Below are positions 40,430 through 54,111 of a stretch of DNA of 64,000 nt, in pieces. The notes beneath the pieces were generated by a model that made no database searches, was not told the origin of the DNA, and saw nothing but the letters and a program-made list of their open reading frames with translations. The stretch comes from Aplysia californica (taxonomy: Eukaryota): contig NW_004798066.1 of assembly GCF_000002075.1 (NCBI RefSeq), positions 120,089 through 184,088 of the forward strand, given 5' to 3'. Position numbers and translations under genes: made by a program. Every line of letters begins with the position of its first letter. The first letter of the stretch is position 1.

Positions 40430-41550
40430 GGATTTACTGCGTATAATCACAATTCACACAGAGAACCAGATTGCTTCCGGTGGAACCGCCATCTACTCCA
40501 ACAACAACACACTTCACAGACAAGTACATCTTAGGACGACCCTCCAGGCTATTGCCGTACCGGTCACCCTGCACAGACCAATCACTATCTGCTCTTTTCT
40601 GTCCCACCAAATTACCCCCTCAAAATAACTCTACTAAATGATTTATAACTCCAGCTCCCAAAACCCTTAATTTTGCTAGGTGATTTTAATACCCACAGAC
40701 CCCTTTGGGGAGAGAAACCCACAGACCAGAAAGGAAAAATAAAAGATTTTTAAATTTCATAATATCTGCCTCTTAAATGATAGGTTCCCCTCTTACAGAA
40801 ACAGATCCACTTTTGGCACTTCATCCCTTGACCTCACCTTTTGTACCCCCTGACCTAGTCCAGATCTCGAGTGGTCTATGCAAGATGACCATACGGACCA
40901 TTTCCCAATTCTTTTAAAAAACAATAGCCTCCAAAACGACCCGATCCCAGAACGCTTCAATTTTTTTAAAGCACACTGGGACGGGTTCGCCACTGAATGT
41001 TCCCAGATTTTGAATCCTACTTTCGACCTCAACTACAACAAATTCCATGAAACGCTTCTAGAAATATGTCACAAACACATACCAAAACATCCCCAAAACC
41101 CATGGAAGAATAAAATCTGGTTCTCTGGGGAGTGTGATGATGCTGTATTGAAAAAGAGGGCTGCATATGGGAGAGCCATCGACAATACTACAACAGAAAA
41201 CAAAATTAATTATTTAAAAGCTTGAGCTGAGACACGTAGATGCCTCAGGGAGAGCAAAAGACAATCGTTCAGAAAGTAGGCTACATTTCCAAAATCAACT
41301 GTCGAACACCACTCAACCAAGTTTTCAAAATCGTGAAAAATGTTTTGGGTAGAAGCCGAGACACCATCTGGCATGAAACACAGGGAGACATCGCAAACAC
41401 AATAGCTTCTTCTCTCTCCAAGAACTCATCCAAAGCAAACTACAACACCACTTTCCAAAACATCAAAACTAACAGAGAACAACAACACCTGAACTTCCAC
41501 TCGAACAATACTGAAACCTAAAACGCAGACTTCACATTAGACGGACTAAT
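40430..41550 (+). mobile_element. Decayed I-group-like LINE fragment (endonuclease to linker)
   Basis: QLPKPLILLGDFNTHRPLWG, SSLDLTFC, DHFPILL, RFNFFKAHW, with frameshifts; related remnants ~53580-54100 and ~54930-55030. Confidence 0.8.
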
Positions 41551-42320
41551 AATGCTGGAGAAAAAAGAAACATCGTTTTTTGATGCATTTGAACTTGAAC
41601 TTGAAGTGCCTGATGAGATGGTGGAGGATAAGACCTGGAAACTTAATTATGTGATCAGAGCTCTGTGTGGCATAGCACCCCTATGTTGGAGTTGGATGCC
41701 TATGCATCATGGTATCTTGTTACTGACTAAAACTGGTTTTGTGATTTAGCAATGTGGAAAAAAATCAATGCTTATGTCTACGATACAGTGATTGCCAGAT
41801 TTTCAGCATCATTACATCCCACGCTCTCACAGTCCTCTCAGCCCCAGCTCTCGTTACATGATGCTCTCTCCACTGTCACTTTTTTGCTCTGCTGTGAGCC
41901 TAACTATAAAGTTTTTCTTTAAATAAGTTTTGTCTTACATGCTTATTAAAATCCATGAATGCTGAAACTCAAACATGGTGTTGACAGGCCCAGGTCAAGA
42001 TTCATTTTTTTTAAAAACTTTTAGAGGAAAGCTAGTTAAAATTGTCTCTCATACGTAACAAGTCAGGACTTATCAGTGCCCTATGGGTACACAATTGAAA
42101 GTATGTTTTAGTATAGTTTCTCTTGGTACAGGCTATGGGTTTTGAAATAAATTTCACTGTCACCCTGCTCTTAATTTCACATTCAATACTGATTTAATAG
42201 GTGCCGTGAACGACAGTCCAAAATATGCCTTACACGCCCCACCCCCTCTTTTCAGAAACGCTGTTCACCTTCACTTATGCAATAACACATGTGAGGGTAT
42301 GCGCTCCCTCCCACTCACCA

Positions 42321-42331
42321 CTCTCTCTCTG

Positions 42332-42403
<72 letters not shown>

Positions 42404-42440
42404 GCGTGTGCGCGCGTACGCATGCACTCACACACACACA
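42321..42440. repeat. (CT)n/(CA)n microsatellite; others at 896-969, 2770-2810 and 4070-4135
   Basis: Direct inspection. Confidence 0.95.
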
Positions 42441-42591
42441 CAAACACACTAACACATTTGGGGATAAATTAGCATTTTAGTGGCGGTGACGCAAATTAAC
42501 TGGGGCAATTCCCTGATTAGTTATACATGTACATCATTAAAGAGATGAAGGTGGAAATGTACACATTTAACCTCCTTCAATCTTTGTACAG

Positions 42592-42804
42592 GAATGTCCT
42601 TGAGCAAGAGCAATCTGGACCTCCGAGGTGGCGTCCCATCGATGCTGCGCTTGGCGTCTTGTCCAGAGAAGAGTCGAATCAACCGTTCTTTTTCCACGCA
42701 GTCAGCCAACAGTGATTCTGTTGTTGGCTTGGGCCATCCACACTCCTCGTCTTCTGTGAGCTCCACTCCGTCTACCCTCGGCAGTTCTTTTTTTGGAGAC
42801 CACC
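42592..42804 (+). CDS. MAP3K4: MAP3K4 Ser-rich linker exon (GMSLSKSNLD...FFGDH)
   Basis: tttgtacag| acceptor, |gtaagt donor, phase 1-1, open frame. Confidence 0.85.
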
Positions 42805-45411
42805 GTAAGTTAAAGAGAATTACTTAAGGATGAATTAGTTATGAAACTGATTTTGGGATTAGTCTAATGTGACATTTATCATGCCATCTTGCCATCTCGC
42901 TGACTGAACAGACTGGGATATCTCTGTGGTGGAATGAAAAAGACTTTTTTTCTGAATCTCACCTGAGAAATTGTGTACTTTGGATACTGCATGGGATTTT
43001 TAAAAGGCACTTTTTTTAATGTATGTGAATCAGTCTTTCTATATTCCAGTGTTTTGTATTTTCCTTTTCGGTCACAACTTCAGAGTTAATGGAAGAGGGT
43101 CAAATTTCCTTTGGTTTTGTTTCCAGACTGCAAGGGTTGGTCTTCAAAGGGTCTCTTGTTTTTGTTGGGTTTTTTTCTTCTCAGATGTTGAACACACTAA
43201 TGCTTCTTAAAGATTTAATTACAATTTTCTTGTGTTCATTTCTTCATACTTGTTACAGGATTATTTCATGTGTACAAAATCAACTTTCCCCCCGCGGCAG
43301 TGCTACTGACTGAAGTGTCTCAAGACCATTCCCAAAGGGGGGACATTAACCATGTTCTTATGCACACATTTTCTTTCCTAATCTTTACTAGAGTCATTTT
43401 TCCTCTACTTCTTTTGTATGTTTGTCACACTCTTGTGACCCGCTATTTCCGGGGTGCCATGATAGTTGAAGCGGACTTTGTGCTGTTGAAGCTAGAGAGG
43501 TGAACAGAGTAAACCTGTTTCCCTGGAAGGACTTCTTTGTTGACATCCACCCCTTGGCGCTCATTTGACCGCATGCAGTTGCGAGTGCCGTAAAACCTCT
43601 ACTAAAGAAACTAAAACTAAAAAATCAGCCATATGCGAAAATGTATTAGGCTACTTTCTCTGTTGTTTTTGCTTAGGCCTACTATTTCTTTGATTGCAGT
43701 AGAATATAGGTGATATTATGCTGTTAATATGAAACATTTTCTTTCTTTTAGATGAGTAATAGATATCTGTGTGCTTCTGGCTTCTGATTTTTGCCATTTG
43801 ACAAAATGCTATTTGCAGTTTTAAGAAAGCTGTACAACGAGATCATTTTGACAGAAATGATACACCGGAAGTTTGTTGAAATGAGTGAGGGTCATGTGTA
43901 GACTGGTACAAAAATAACTGATTTGTGCAGTCCCATGATATCCTCTAAGATTTTTTATCTTAAAGCCTGAAGGACTGTAACTCAGAAGTAGTGATTCACT
44001 ATCTCCTTTATCTCTTGAAGTCACAATGTTTTTAAGATTAAACTTTCTTAACTCTTTTCCTACCAGGCCAAAAGCCTCCACTGGCCCGGGGCTTTTCCCT
44101 GACCTACTTTTACCCCTTTACCCCACCAAAGGAGAATGTCAAAACGTCCAAGTAAATACACACAAACCATATACAGCCCTTCAAACTGATGGTACAAAAA
44201 TAGTTTACCAGATGGTGATACAACATTGAATGTTTATTCCAATTATTTTAGTTTGGGGTGTCTAAAAGTGATTATGCAGTATCAGAAATGTCATATGAAG
44301 TCAACAATTTTTCCTTGCTTTGAAAGGTCATAACTAACAAAAAATACAACAACAGCATCATTCAAACTTCACAGTAGATTGCCTCAAGTAATGCAAAGAA
44401 ATGCTGACAGTTATGTATGTGTACCTATTATAGCAGTAAAAATATGATACCGAAGTCAGCAGAGCACTTTTATTTTTATTTTTACATTTTGAAGGAGACC
44501 GGAATAAAGCGTTGAAATGACTGAAAATTGTTGAAAGCGTTGAAATGACTGAAAATTGTCCGTCAGTGCTATATTTTCTTTCATGTCCGTTAACAGGAAG
44601 TCTATTCTGTTATTTCGAAAATGTGGATCGGCGGAGAATTTTGTGTCTTTTCATAACTGGATTGGAATAGACAGTGAACCATTGAGCCGTATATTGCGGC
44701 TCGCTATCCAGTGAGGCCACTTTGTGGTAGGAAAAGTGTTAAAGGACAAATGGAAGCTTGCAATGAAGCAATTTTTAAAAAAATCATGTCTTGGGTGACT
44801 TGAATTAGCTTGATCAGCTTACAATTACAGCTTTTGTGGGTGTGTGTGTTCTTATAGTTGCTCTTTTGTCCTTGTTTTTTGACATGTCTCACTAATAATA
44901 CATTTTCTTGTTGCTTCTACTAATGATAGCCATTTGCAGTTCTTGGCTTTTGTTGCATTTTGCAAAGAGATTTTTATCAGAGCTGTTTCTTTGTTGGCAC
45001 TGATAGCAAGGGTTTCTGGATTACAGAATCTCTCTTGCACTGAGTAACAGCAGAAATTGTTGAAAAGAAAAGTTACCGTTTGTTATCAGGAAGTTTAATA
45101 GGGAAGTAGATTAAAAGTTTTTTCCCCTTTCTGACTTGCATCGACTAAATTTCATAATGACTCTTGTGTGGCTTTTGTAGGAAGCGATTTAGTTGCAGAT
45201 ACCAAGGCTTTGCTCTTTACACATTATCCCTTAGCCCTTATAAGTATCAGCGCATTTTCTTTTTGAAGCTGGGATGCCTATTCTCATCAGGGGAGCTCAT
45301 GATTTTTCATGAGAAACTTGCATCTGTTTTGAATTAGTTGTAAGGACTGTTATTCTAAGAGAGGATGCGGATGTTTTTGGTCTCTTTCCTGACCCTGACT
45401 GATTCTCCTAG

Positions 45412-45531
45412 GAGGCAACCGCCACTCTATCCCTGAGCTTCCGGAAATTTCTGTAGTGGATTCGGACGATGGCAGAATTATCTTGGAGCTGCCGCAGTCT
45501 CGCAGGGGCTCCCGAGGTCAGCTGAGCACTG
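45412..45531 (+). CDS. MAP3K4: Probable cassette exon of MAP3K4 (GNRHSIPELPEISVVDSDDGRIILELPQSRRGSR[GQLST])
   Basis: Branch-like ctgac and pyrimidine tract before tag| at 45411. Two phase-1 donors (after 45516 and 45531) give 105 or 120 nt. GC-rich, coding-like island. Confidence 0.65.
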
Positions 45532-46059
45532 GTGCGCACTGGGACTGACTTGGGGTGGTGGTGTCTGACATACTAGCTAAGCTCTGAGCTTTGACTGTTT
45601 ATCTTGTGCTTTGTTTTGTTCTCGGCATTTCGTCTTTTTTTTTTTTTTTTGGTCACACACCATTGTTGTACCCCTATTTGTATAGCTGGGTTATTTGACT
45701 TTTATTACTCTTAAAGTGCCACTCTAACTTCTCTCACCACATATGTTTATGCTTGTCGGTGTCAGTTAAGTTCTCTTGTCTAACACTTTATACAAGATTT
45801 TGTAAGAAAGGTTGTTGGTATTAATGGCGGCTGCCTTGGGTTTTGCCAAATCTTTGACACCATGTATTCATCTTCAGGATGTTTATCGTCACAAGTTTTT
45901 CATTATTACTGCATACAGGGATGCAAATCTTCCGGCTTTTTCCGTTTTTTCCGGCCGACATGCCATTTGGGCCCCAGCTTTAAACAAAAGTCTACTATAA
46001 ACAATACACTAAATCGAGATTGTTTGTTGTAATAGAGGGAAAGAAACAAATATAATTCT

Positions 46060-46850
46060 TATTTCAGTCACTGCACGTGTAATTCTAATAGAAGAAGTAC
46101 AAGTCGCCATGGATAAAATGAAATATGGCAAAGCGCCAGATTCCAGGCTCAGATATCATACTCATTGAAATGATCACAGCACTAGAAGTGGTGGGTATTA
46201 AAGAAGTGAGAACATTACTTAACACTGTATACGACAAGGATGTTTCTTATTTCCTCATCTCTTTAATTCATACAGCGAAATAATACTGCGTAACATCAGT
46301 GATGTAGGAGTCAAGGTAGGCAGCTACAATATTAACAACACATGGTACTCTGGTGATACTGTTTTGATAGCTGGCTCATACGACCTTATGCAGTTGCGAG
46401 CGCCGTAAAACCCTCTACTAAAACTTTAATAGCTGATTCTGAGTCTAAGCACCAAGAGATTCTATCTAGAGGGACAGAGAAAAGCAAAGAGAAGGGGCTT
46501 TTACTGAATAGCAAGAAAATGGAATGCATGATGATCTCAAAAAAGAGTTGACATCCCAGGATGCAACATCACATGACATGTAAGAACGAAAGAATAAAAC
46601 AGCTCAACAGTTGTAAATACCTTGGTTGCACAATTACGCCAGATGCAGGAAGTGACAGGGAGATTTTAAGAAAGAGAATTGCAGTATCTTAAAAAAGCTT
46701 TCAGCAAAATTAAACCTATCCTTTTAAACAGAAACAACAGTGAACACAAAAATATGACCCTGAGAACATATCTATAGTCAATCCTTTTGATTTGTATGGA
46801 TGCGAGAACTGGGCTCTAAACAAGAACACGGAAAGAAGACTAGAGGCTAC
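46060..46850 (+). mobile_element. Decayed RTE-like LINE RT fragment
   Basis: MKYGKAP, QGC...PHLFNSYSE, degenerate YADD region followed by TVLIADSE, KYLGCTIT, YGCENW. Confidence 0.8.
46374..46428 (+). mobile_element. 55-bp retroelement 3' tail inserted into the RTE fragment
   Basis: 7-bp TSD ATAGCTG (46367-46373, 46429-46435). Same tail at ~14632, 34448, 43560, 61051, 63060 and (minus strand) ~12525-12585. Confidence 0.85.
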
Positions 46851-49800
46851 CAGCCGCATTTTTTACCTTCCTACTTTTGCCTTCTTTGATATTCCTGCAT
46901 GATGCCTTAGCTTTTAGTGTGGATGCAAAGAGACCAGAAAAAAGCTTATTATTTGTATTAGTTTTTTTAGTTGCCATTTTGCCTTGCTGATCTTCTTATT
47001 ATTCTCGTTCTCTTTTGTGGCCACTGGTAGGGCTTGTTTTATTCTGTAGCCTTGCCTTAAGTGTCTCTGTGAGTTTCTCAACATTATCAGGATTAAAAGA
47101 TTATTTTATTAATGTCGCAAGCATTCATGATTTCCTAAATCAAGGGTTAGTGTTTGGTTTGGCTGGTGTAAAGAGCTTTACTGATTGTTGTGTGATGATG
47201 GTGAAAACTCACAGATTTAGTGAACCTGCAAAATGGACTTGTCACATCTGAATACTCGTATATATATATATTACAAAATTCGTCTGCTGGTGTTGACAAA
47301 ACTGAAAACAGTCGGACACTTTAGTATTTTGTGTTTGTGGACCGTTAGCACACGACCTTTTGCTCTGCAAGACAAATGATTTATTTGTTTTGAAGCTTGG
47401 TCCTTTCAGTGCAATAATAATGTATTATAAGACTGTAATTTGAGAGATTCATTGTTTAGAAGCTTAAAACTGATAGCACACCAAACTTTTGGTCTCAACC
47501 ATTTCTCATGTGACATGAGTGAGCTAAGAAAGTTTTGGTTGATACTACCAGTGCGATGTGAAAGCTGTGCTATTGAGTACTTTTTCTTGAAGGATTTTTA
47601 AAAGTAAAACAGATTGGCCTCCTCGGTCTAATACATTTTATCTTAAAAAAAGAAGAGAAAAAAACGTTTCTAAACATAACCGAGAACGTTCCTACTCGAG
47701 CAACTGCACAACAGTATGACTTTTTAAATGTGTCCAAGCAGAGACATGAGTGACAAACCATGATCAGGGCATGCATGTTTACGGTGTGGCTCGAAGAAGG
47801 ACTTAAATGATTTGCTGCAGCAAATAAGGCTTAACAGTATAACATGAATTGCTCGAATTCGTCCGGACCGGCCCCAGTAGTTCGAGGGATCCATAGTTTG
47901 AGGGATACGTGAACAGTGTAATGGCATCGGCTGTGTCAGAGAATCAAGGGAAGCAAAAAAGATTGGGTTGGAACAGATTTTTCTGTTTTTTCTTTTCTTT
48001 TTTTTGGGGGGGGGAGGCCATTGTCCTTGGATCAGATAGGTTCTATGCCTGTTGACTTGAATTTGAAATTTGAGAGAATTTGAAATTGACAGATTGAGAT
48101 TGAGAAACACGTTGATCAACCATTTCGAGTTCGACCGGTAATGAGCCTACCGGTACCAAGACACTTTAATTGCACGGGTCAGTGTGAGCAGTGTTTGGTC
48201 TGCACCAATTGAACGGTGCCTTTTTCTAAATTTTCAAGACATAAACAATTTGACAAGATAAGCATCGCAACAGAAGTCAACAATGCAATGACGAAACAAT
48301 TGCAGTCCTACCCCGCCTCTCCTACCAAGCGCACAGTCCTTTGGGAAGAGGTCTGGGGCGGCCGATCATGTGATGCACAACCCTTCCTCTGGCCCGCTCC
48401 ACACAAGCCTAGCTAGGTCTGGGACCTAGGCATGCGCAGAGGGCTCGCATGTCGAGCAGTGTGCTAAAAATAGCACAGCTTGCTGCTTCTGTTAGGGGGG
48501 GATGGGGGGGGGGGTTATTTTACTAACCTTGCCTTTTTCCATATCATTATCATTATTTTGTGCACCTCAATGGACATTGACTTCAGACCTCTACGACGGT
48601 GTAATTAGTTTGACTATTCCGTGTTTGTGTTCAAGCTTCGCATAATTTTCCTACAAAGATAAAGAGGGGAAAAACGGGACCGCAGAGGCACAGTTCGACG
48701 GATGCATGATTTCGAGTAATCTGTGTTTGACCTATCCAGGTTATACCGGTACTGTATTTGTTTTTCTTGTGTCAATTTCAAGGCAGTTATTCCTTCTCTT
48801 TCTTCTGTGATGCATGTATATCTGCTGAGTATAAAGCACTACATGTTGAAGCACGATTAAGACCCAAAAGTATGAGGTGGTCTTGTGTTTTTCAAATAAG
48901 TTCAGGTTTTATGAGTATGGTGTCAATTTTTGCTGGGTTTTTTTTTAGATTGTATTTTGTCCATTGTATTTTGTCCAGCAGACTAGACTTTCTTGATACA
49001 GTGGGCAGTGATGAGATTATTATCAGATGTAAAACAACCTTGCTCTCAATAGGATAGATTTTCTGCCTCATATTTGCAATTGAAAAGCTTATTAGTGATT
49101 TTGGTGTTGAACACTGAGAGTGTGCCTTCTGCTCATTATACTGACTAGTGATGTGGCATTTTTTGTTCATGGTATATGCCATACAGAATTCAGAGTCCTT
49201 TGCACTGGCAAAGTACTCATTGTTTTTGTCAAAAATGTGTGGACCTGAAAATTTCTTGTAAGTCGTCAGAGGGGCCACTGGCAGGTCCTACTTGTGTTCT
49301 TTCCTTCTGTTGTTTCTGTCTGTCTGTCTTCCTTTTTCCTTGCACAAAATGGCCTTAATTATGTCAAGTGCTTATTTTACTCAAATGAACAAAGATAAAG
49401 CATTTTTCTTTCGTTCTTAACCAAATCAGAATGTTCCTAAATTCAGTAGTATATTAAAATAGTTGGTCATTCAACCATGAAAGTTGTGACTCACAAAAAA
49501 TAGATTCACCCTCAGAAACATCTCTTTTTATCCACACCTCTTTTTATACTCTTCATGTGAAACCAAGTGTTGTTTTAATAGCTCTCACATCTAATATTTT
49601 TGGGTTTTGCTCCTAATTGACTCTACCTGGCTTCCTACCCGGACATAATGGGAAGTCCAAGAAGATGGACTGTTTTATTTTGGTCCTTTGTAATGTTGTA
49701 GCCACACCCCATGAGTAGTGCATGCTTCGTAGTTGTTTACCATGACTGGATGTACTGTTTGTTGGTCCTTACACAACAGAGGGGCCACATTTCTAGATGT

Positions 49801-50479
49801 TTCTGGAGTCCCAGAAATATTGGATGTTTCAATTTTTGTTGTTATTGTTCGTATGATGGTGTAAGTCATGTTATTGAAGCACTTACTGTTTATTGTTTGA
49901 AAGGACCAGTCACAATCATGGTGAAGACAACTTAGGGGTTGGTGCTTTGTTGTAATTTTGATCTTGTAAATCACTCCACCTCATGGTGAATTGTGTTTGA
50001 GTTATTTCTAAAATTAGGTTGCTTAAATTTGTACTTCGCCAAGAACGATCTCAGTCCAGTCAATTGCCTGTGACTTCATAGAGGGCAGAAGTCTACTAAA
50101 TTATGAAGTTACCTGCGTGCCTTTGAGTCCAGCCAGCAGATAATGAAATAATGATTCTTGCTCTTCAGTATTCGCTATGCTTTACAGCAGACCCTAGAAC
50201 ACTCAGAAACATTGTCGGCTATCCAGGAAACATACTGATACTGTACAAAATTATTTTCTGGAAGATGTAGAAGAGTCAAGATGAATTAGTGTGATGAAGA
50301 TGTTTCCCAAACTTTGAATAAACGACATACACATGTTTCTTTCTTATTTAGAATTGTCTTATTATGATTTACCTAAATTGTGTGACATCTGCTTTTAGAT
50401 TAGATGGGACCCTCGGCAGCCCCTTGTATTCCAGCACTAGTTAAATTTTTTTTGTAGCAATTTTCCATGACTTATTTAA

Positions 50480-50719
50480 CCCTATCCGTACGCCCTGGGG
50501 TCGTTTTGTACCCCCGGGGTTGTATTCTTCACATTTTAGAATACTTTTAGTACAAAGATCTCTTTGAAACTTTCAGTATTTCTCAAAAAATCATTTTGAC
50601 AGACTGCTATGCAAAGCGTACGGATCGGATTAACAAGTAAATTTCCTCTTTGGAAAGTAGTGGCACAGAGTTCCCCACGTCGTATGGATACAATAGTGAA
50701 ACAGGATGTACAGATAGGG
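50480..50719. mobile_element. piggyBac-like MITE, 240 bp
   Basis: TIR CCCTATC(C/T)GTAC, TTAA on both sides. Confidence 0.75.
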
Positions 50720-51028
50720 TTAACCATGATGTAGTGGATACTGGAAATGATGATAAAGTTAACGCTTCAAAGATCTCCTTAGAAAAATGGAAGTTGCTAT
50801 TTAATTTTTTATGTTTGTCCTTAAAAGGAGGGTTTACTTTGAATAGTGCAACAAAAAGATTTCAGTGACGAGAAAGATGAGTTAATGATATGATAGTCAC
50901 AATTGAAGTGGTACATCTTTATTTGAAAAAAAAAAAAATGATGGACCACAGCCTTTAACTTGTTGACTCAGTTCTTTTGTATGCTTCTTTGTCTTACACA
51001 CAGTCTTTTCTACATTCATTTGTTCCAG

Positions 51029-51226
51029 CCCTAAGTGGAGATGTGTACAGGTCAAAGCCTCGCACGGAACGCCTTCGCATCAGTATTGAGAAGTTGGAGG
51101 CGGACCGTGAGCAGAAGTTGAGGACAAAGCGCATCATTGGCAATGTGTCTGGTCGTGTCCATGAGCCGGACATTCGTATGAATGTAAGACGTGTCAATTT
51201 TAGATGGCAACGAGGCTTCAAAATAG
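51029..51226 (+). CDS. MAP3K4: MAP3K4 exon (LSGDVYRSKP...VNFRWQRGFKIG), start of kinase domain
   Basis: ttccag| acceptor, G|gtaagt donor, phase 1-1. Confidence 0.95.
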
Positions 51227-53284
51227 GTAAGTAGACTTTCCACATGTTCAGTTAGTTGATACGTTACTTGTCTAATATTGCTTTTTTTTTCTTTTTTTTT
51301 TTCAAGATTTTTTGTTTGCTTAATTTTTCTTCTTCGTGATTTTAAAAATTGCCTTTTGTCTTGTTTTTTAATGTTGTGGCATTTAATTTAAGGTCTCAGT
51401 CGGCAGTGTTCTAATATTATTCTCCTCTTTTTCAAAATTCATAAAAAGATTGTGGTCCTCTTATGGTTGGTTCAGCAGTAGAGCTGTCTAAAAGCTACCA
51501 ACTTTTACGGTAATTACTGATTTTTGACCAATTCTACTGCCATAGAAACACTGGTGTCAAAATTTTGAATTTGTAGTAGGTGCAGAGAATAAAAAGAAAT
51601 TTTTAAAGGGCCCTTTCTGCAGTGCTTCTAATCTTCCGTTTTTTTAAATGTCATTGTAATTTTCCGCATTGAAATTTTCAAAATTCTGCGCAGAATTTTA
51701 CAAATTCTGTAAGGATTGCGACCGTATCTAACCCTTTTCCATATTGCTGTAAATAAGTTCCAATTAATCATAAGCTGAGAAGTAGCACACAGTAAATAAA
51801 AAAATCCCAACAATTAGCAGCATACAATCTGTATTTTTGTTTTGAAACAACTCATAGAGACAAGACACCATTGTATAATTTGAAAATCAGGTGAGCTGGC
51901 AGTTTGAGCTATTTCATTACATTTGTAGCAGGCGCGGTTCATCCATAGATGATAATAGAGCACGGTCGTGCAGTGCCGCCCAATTTTTTTTGGCTCCAAA
52001 TTTTTTAATGTTCTGATATGTTAAGTAGCCACAAACATAAAATAAAAAAAGCCAGGAACAAACACTGGCCAGATATATCAAAACAAGGTCCTCACTGGCG
52101 TCGTAACTGTCATTTCTGTGTCTATAGCACCGTAAAACATGCTTTAACTAAACAAAATGGGATATTCAACAGTGATAACCTGAGCCAACCAAAGCGATGA
52201 CGACACTCGTAGCGAGTTTGGCGGTACATTAATATTAATAAGACGGCACCCACGAAACATAGCTCGTAGTAGGCAGTATAAAAATAAACATGATAAACTG
52301 TAGACTATTCTATGCCGAAATTATGTGAGCAGAGTGCTCAAGTGAATTGTGATTGGTTCATTGTCATGCCACTATTTTAAGTGACTCTGTGACCGTAAAC
52401 GTAAGGGATGTGAACATGACATACTTAAGTCACCGTCCTATGACCTTTGAATGGTTTTGTAGTGGAGTGGTGAAAGTTATTATTTGAGAGTTCAGTTCCA
52501 ATGCAGGATGAACAAAAAGCTAACAAACAGATTTATTTCTTGAAACCAAAGGGACAAGTAAAGAGAATGAAAATAAAGGCGAACGGTCCTTCCCCAACCC
52601 CTTTGTCACGCCTTTGTTTATGTTACATTTATACTTTTTTGACTTCAACTCCTATCCTTGACATACCTGGGAAAAGAATTATCCATTGCCATATTATGAA
52701 TTTTAAAGCCAGAGTACTAATTCTTTATTCGTTGATTACTAAAACATATGCTAGTGGGTAGGCAGCCCTGCGTTCACCTTCCCTTATGGGACCCCCCCCC
52801 CCACCCCCACCCCCATACACACATATGCACGCGCTCTCACACACATACGCACAGCATGCACAGCTTCTTTGAAAAAGATCTATCATTTGTTCTGGTTACA
52901 AGTTTACTCCCATCGCAGGTTTACTTGATGTTAAAATGTACTCATGTTGTGTTTATTCTTCCATTGCACAAATGGTTTTCCAGTAATTATATTTTTCAAT
53001 AACACAGGGGGTTTTTTCTTCAGTAATTTGAACGTAAAAATGAGCACTTACTATTTGTGGTACATCTTATAACCTGTGATAGGATAGGTAATGACACACG
53101 GCTCCATTGAGACAGAGATCACAAAAACAAAAGAAAAAAAAGTTGCGAGTTTCAAGACAATACTAGAATGAGACTAATTTTTCTCTGCACTTAAAATTGT
53201 AGCTGTACTAGTGTGGAATGAGCAGGCTGTATATTTCACCAAAGTTTCTGATGTCTTTTGTACCTATCTCCTTGTGTGTCCCAG

Positions 53285-53355
53285 GTGAAGGCCAGTTTGG
53301 AAAAGTGTACACTGCAGTCAACATGATCACTGGAGAATTAATGGCCATGAAGGAG
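53285..53355 (+). CDS. MAP3K4: MAP3K4 kinase exon, Gly-loop and catalytic Lys (GEGQFGKVY...MAMKE)
   Basis: cccag| acceptor, GAG|gtaagt donor, phase 1-0. Confidence 0.97.
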
Positions 53356-54111
53356 GTAAGTGGAGATTGCCTTTTTTTTTTTTTCACCCCCTGAAATCAC
53401 AGAAATCTGCTCCCACCAGCCTTTATCATGCTGGGAGATCTTTATGCGTATACCCCTCTTTTGGGAAATGAAGCTACTGGTCTTAAAGACAGAATCATTG
53501 AAGATCAAAACAAACAGTAGTATTTTATATGACAAGTCTCCAACGTTTCAAAATTCAAATGACTTGAATAGTTGATTGATTTTAGCCCCTTCAGATCTGG
53601 TCTTAGATCACCCCCATGGATTGGATCACTCCCTATATTGGTCCAAACATTCCGTACTGAGTTTCTATCCTAGACTCTTCAATCTCAATAAAGCAGACTA
53701 TGATCATTTCCACATAAAATGTCTTTAGAGGCTCAAGATATCTCAAACACATAATATAAATCAGTATCTTGAAATCATTTTTGAAATTTTACCAAAAAAC
53801 CCCCACAAAAACCAACCACCCGACCTGGGTACAATAAATTATAAATGTTGGTTCATTGAAGACTGCCAAAAAGCTGTTGCAGCCAAAAAAGCAACTTCAG
53901 TAAGTTTGTTGACTCTAGAACAAATGAAGACCTTATTAATCTTTTAATTGCACAAGCCTAAGCATGCAGGATGATCGGAACAGCCAAACACACTTCTTTA
54001 AAAAGTTCCATCTCTGAAAATATGACAAAACACTAATGCACAAAGTCTGGAAGATCGTTTTAAAGAATATAAAAGGTACTCAGAGCAGAGACACACCCAG
54101 ATACATTTTAA

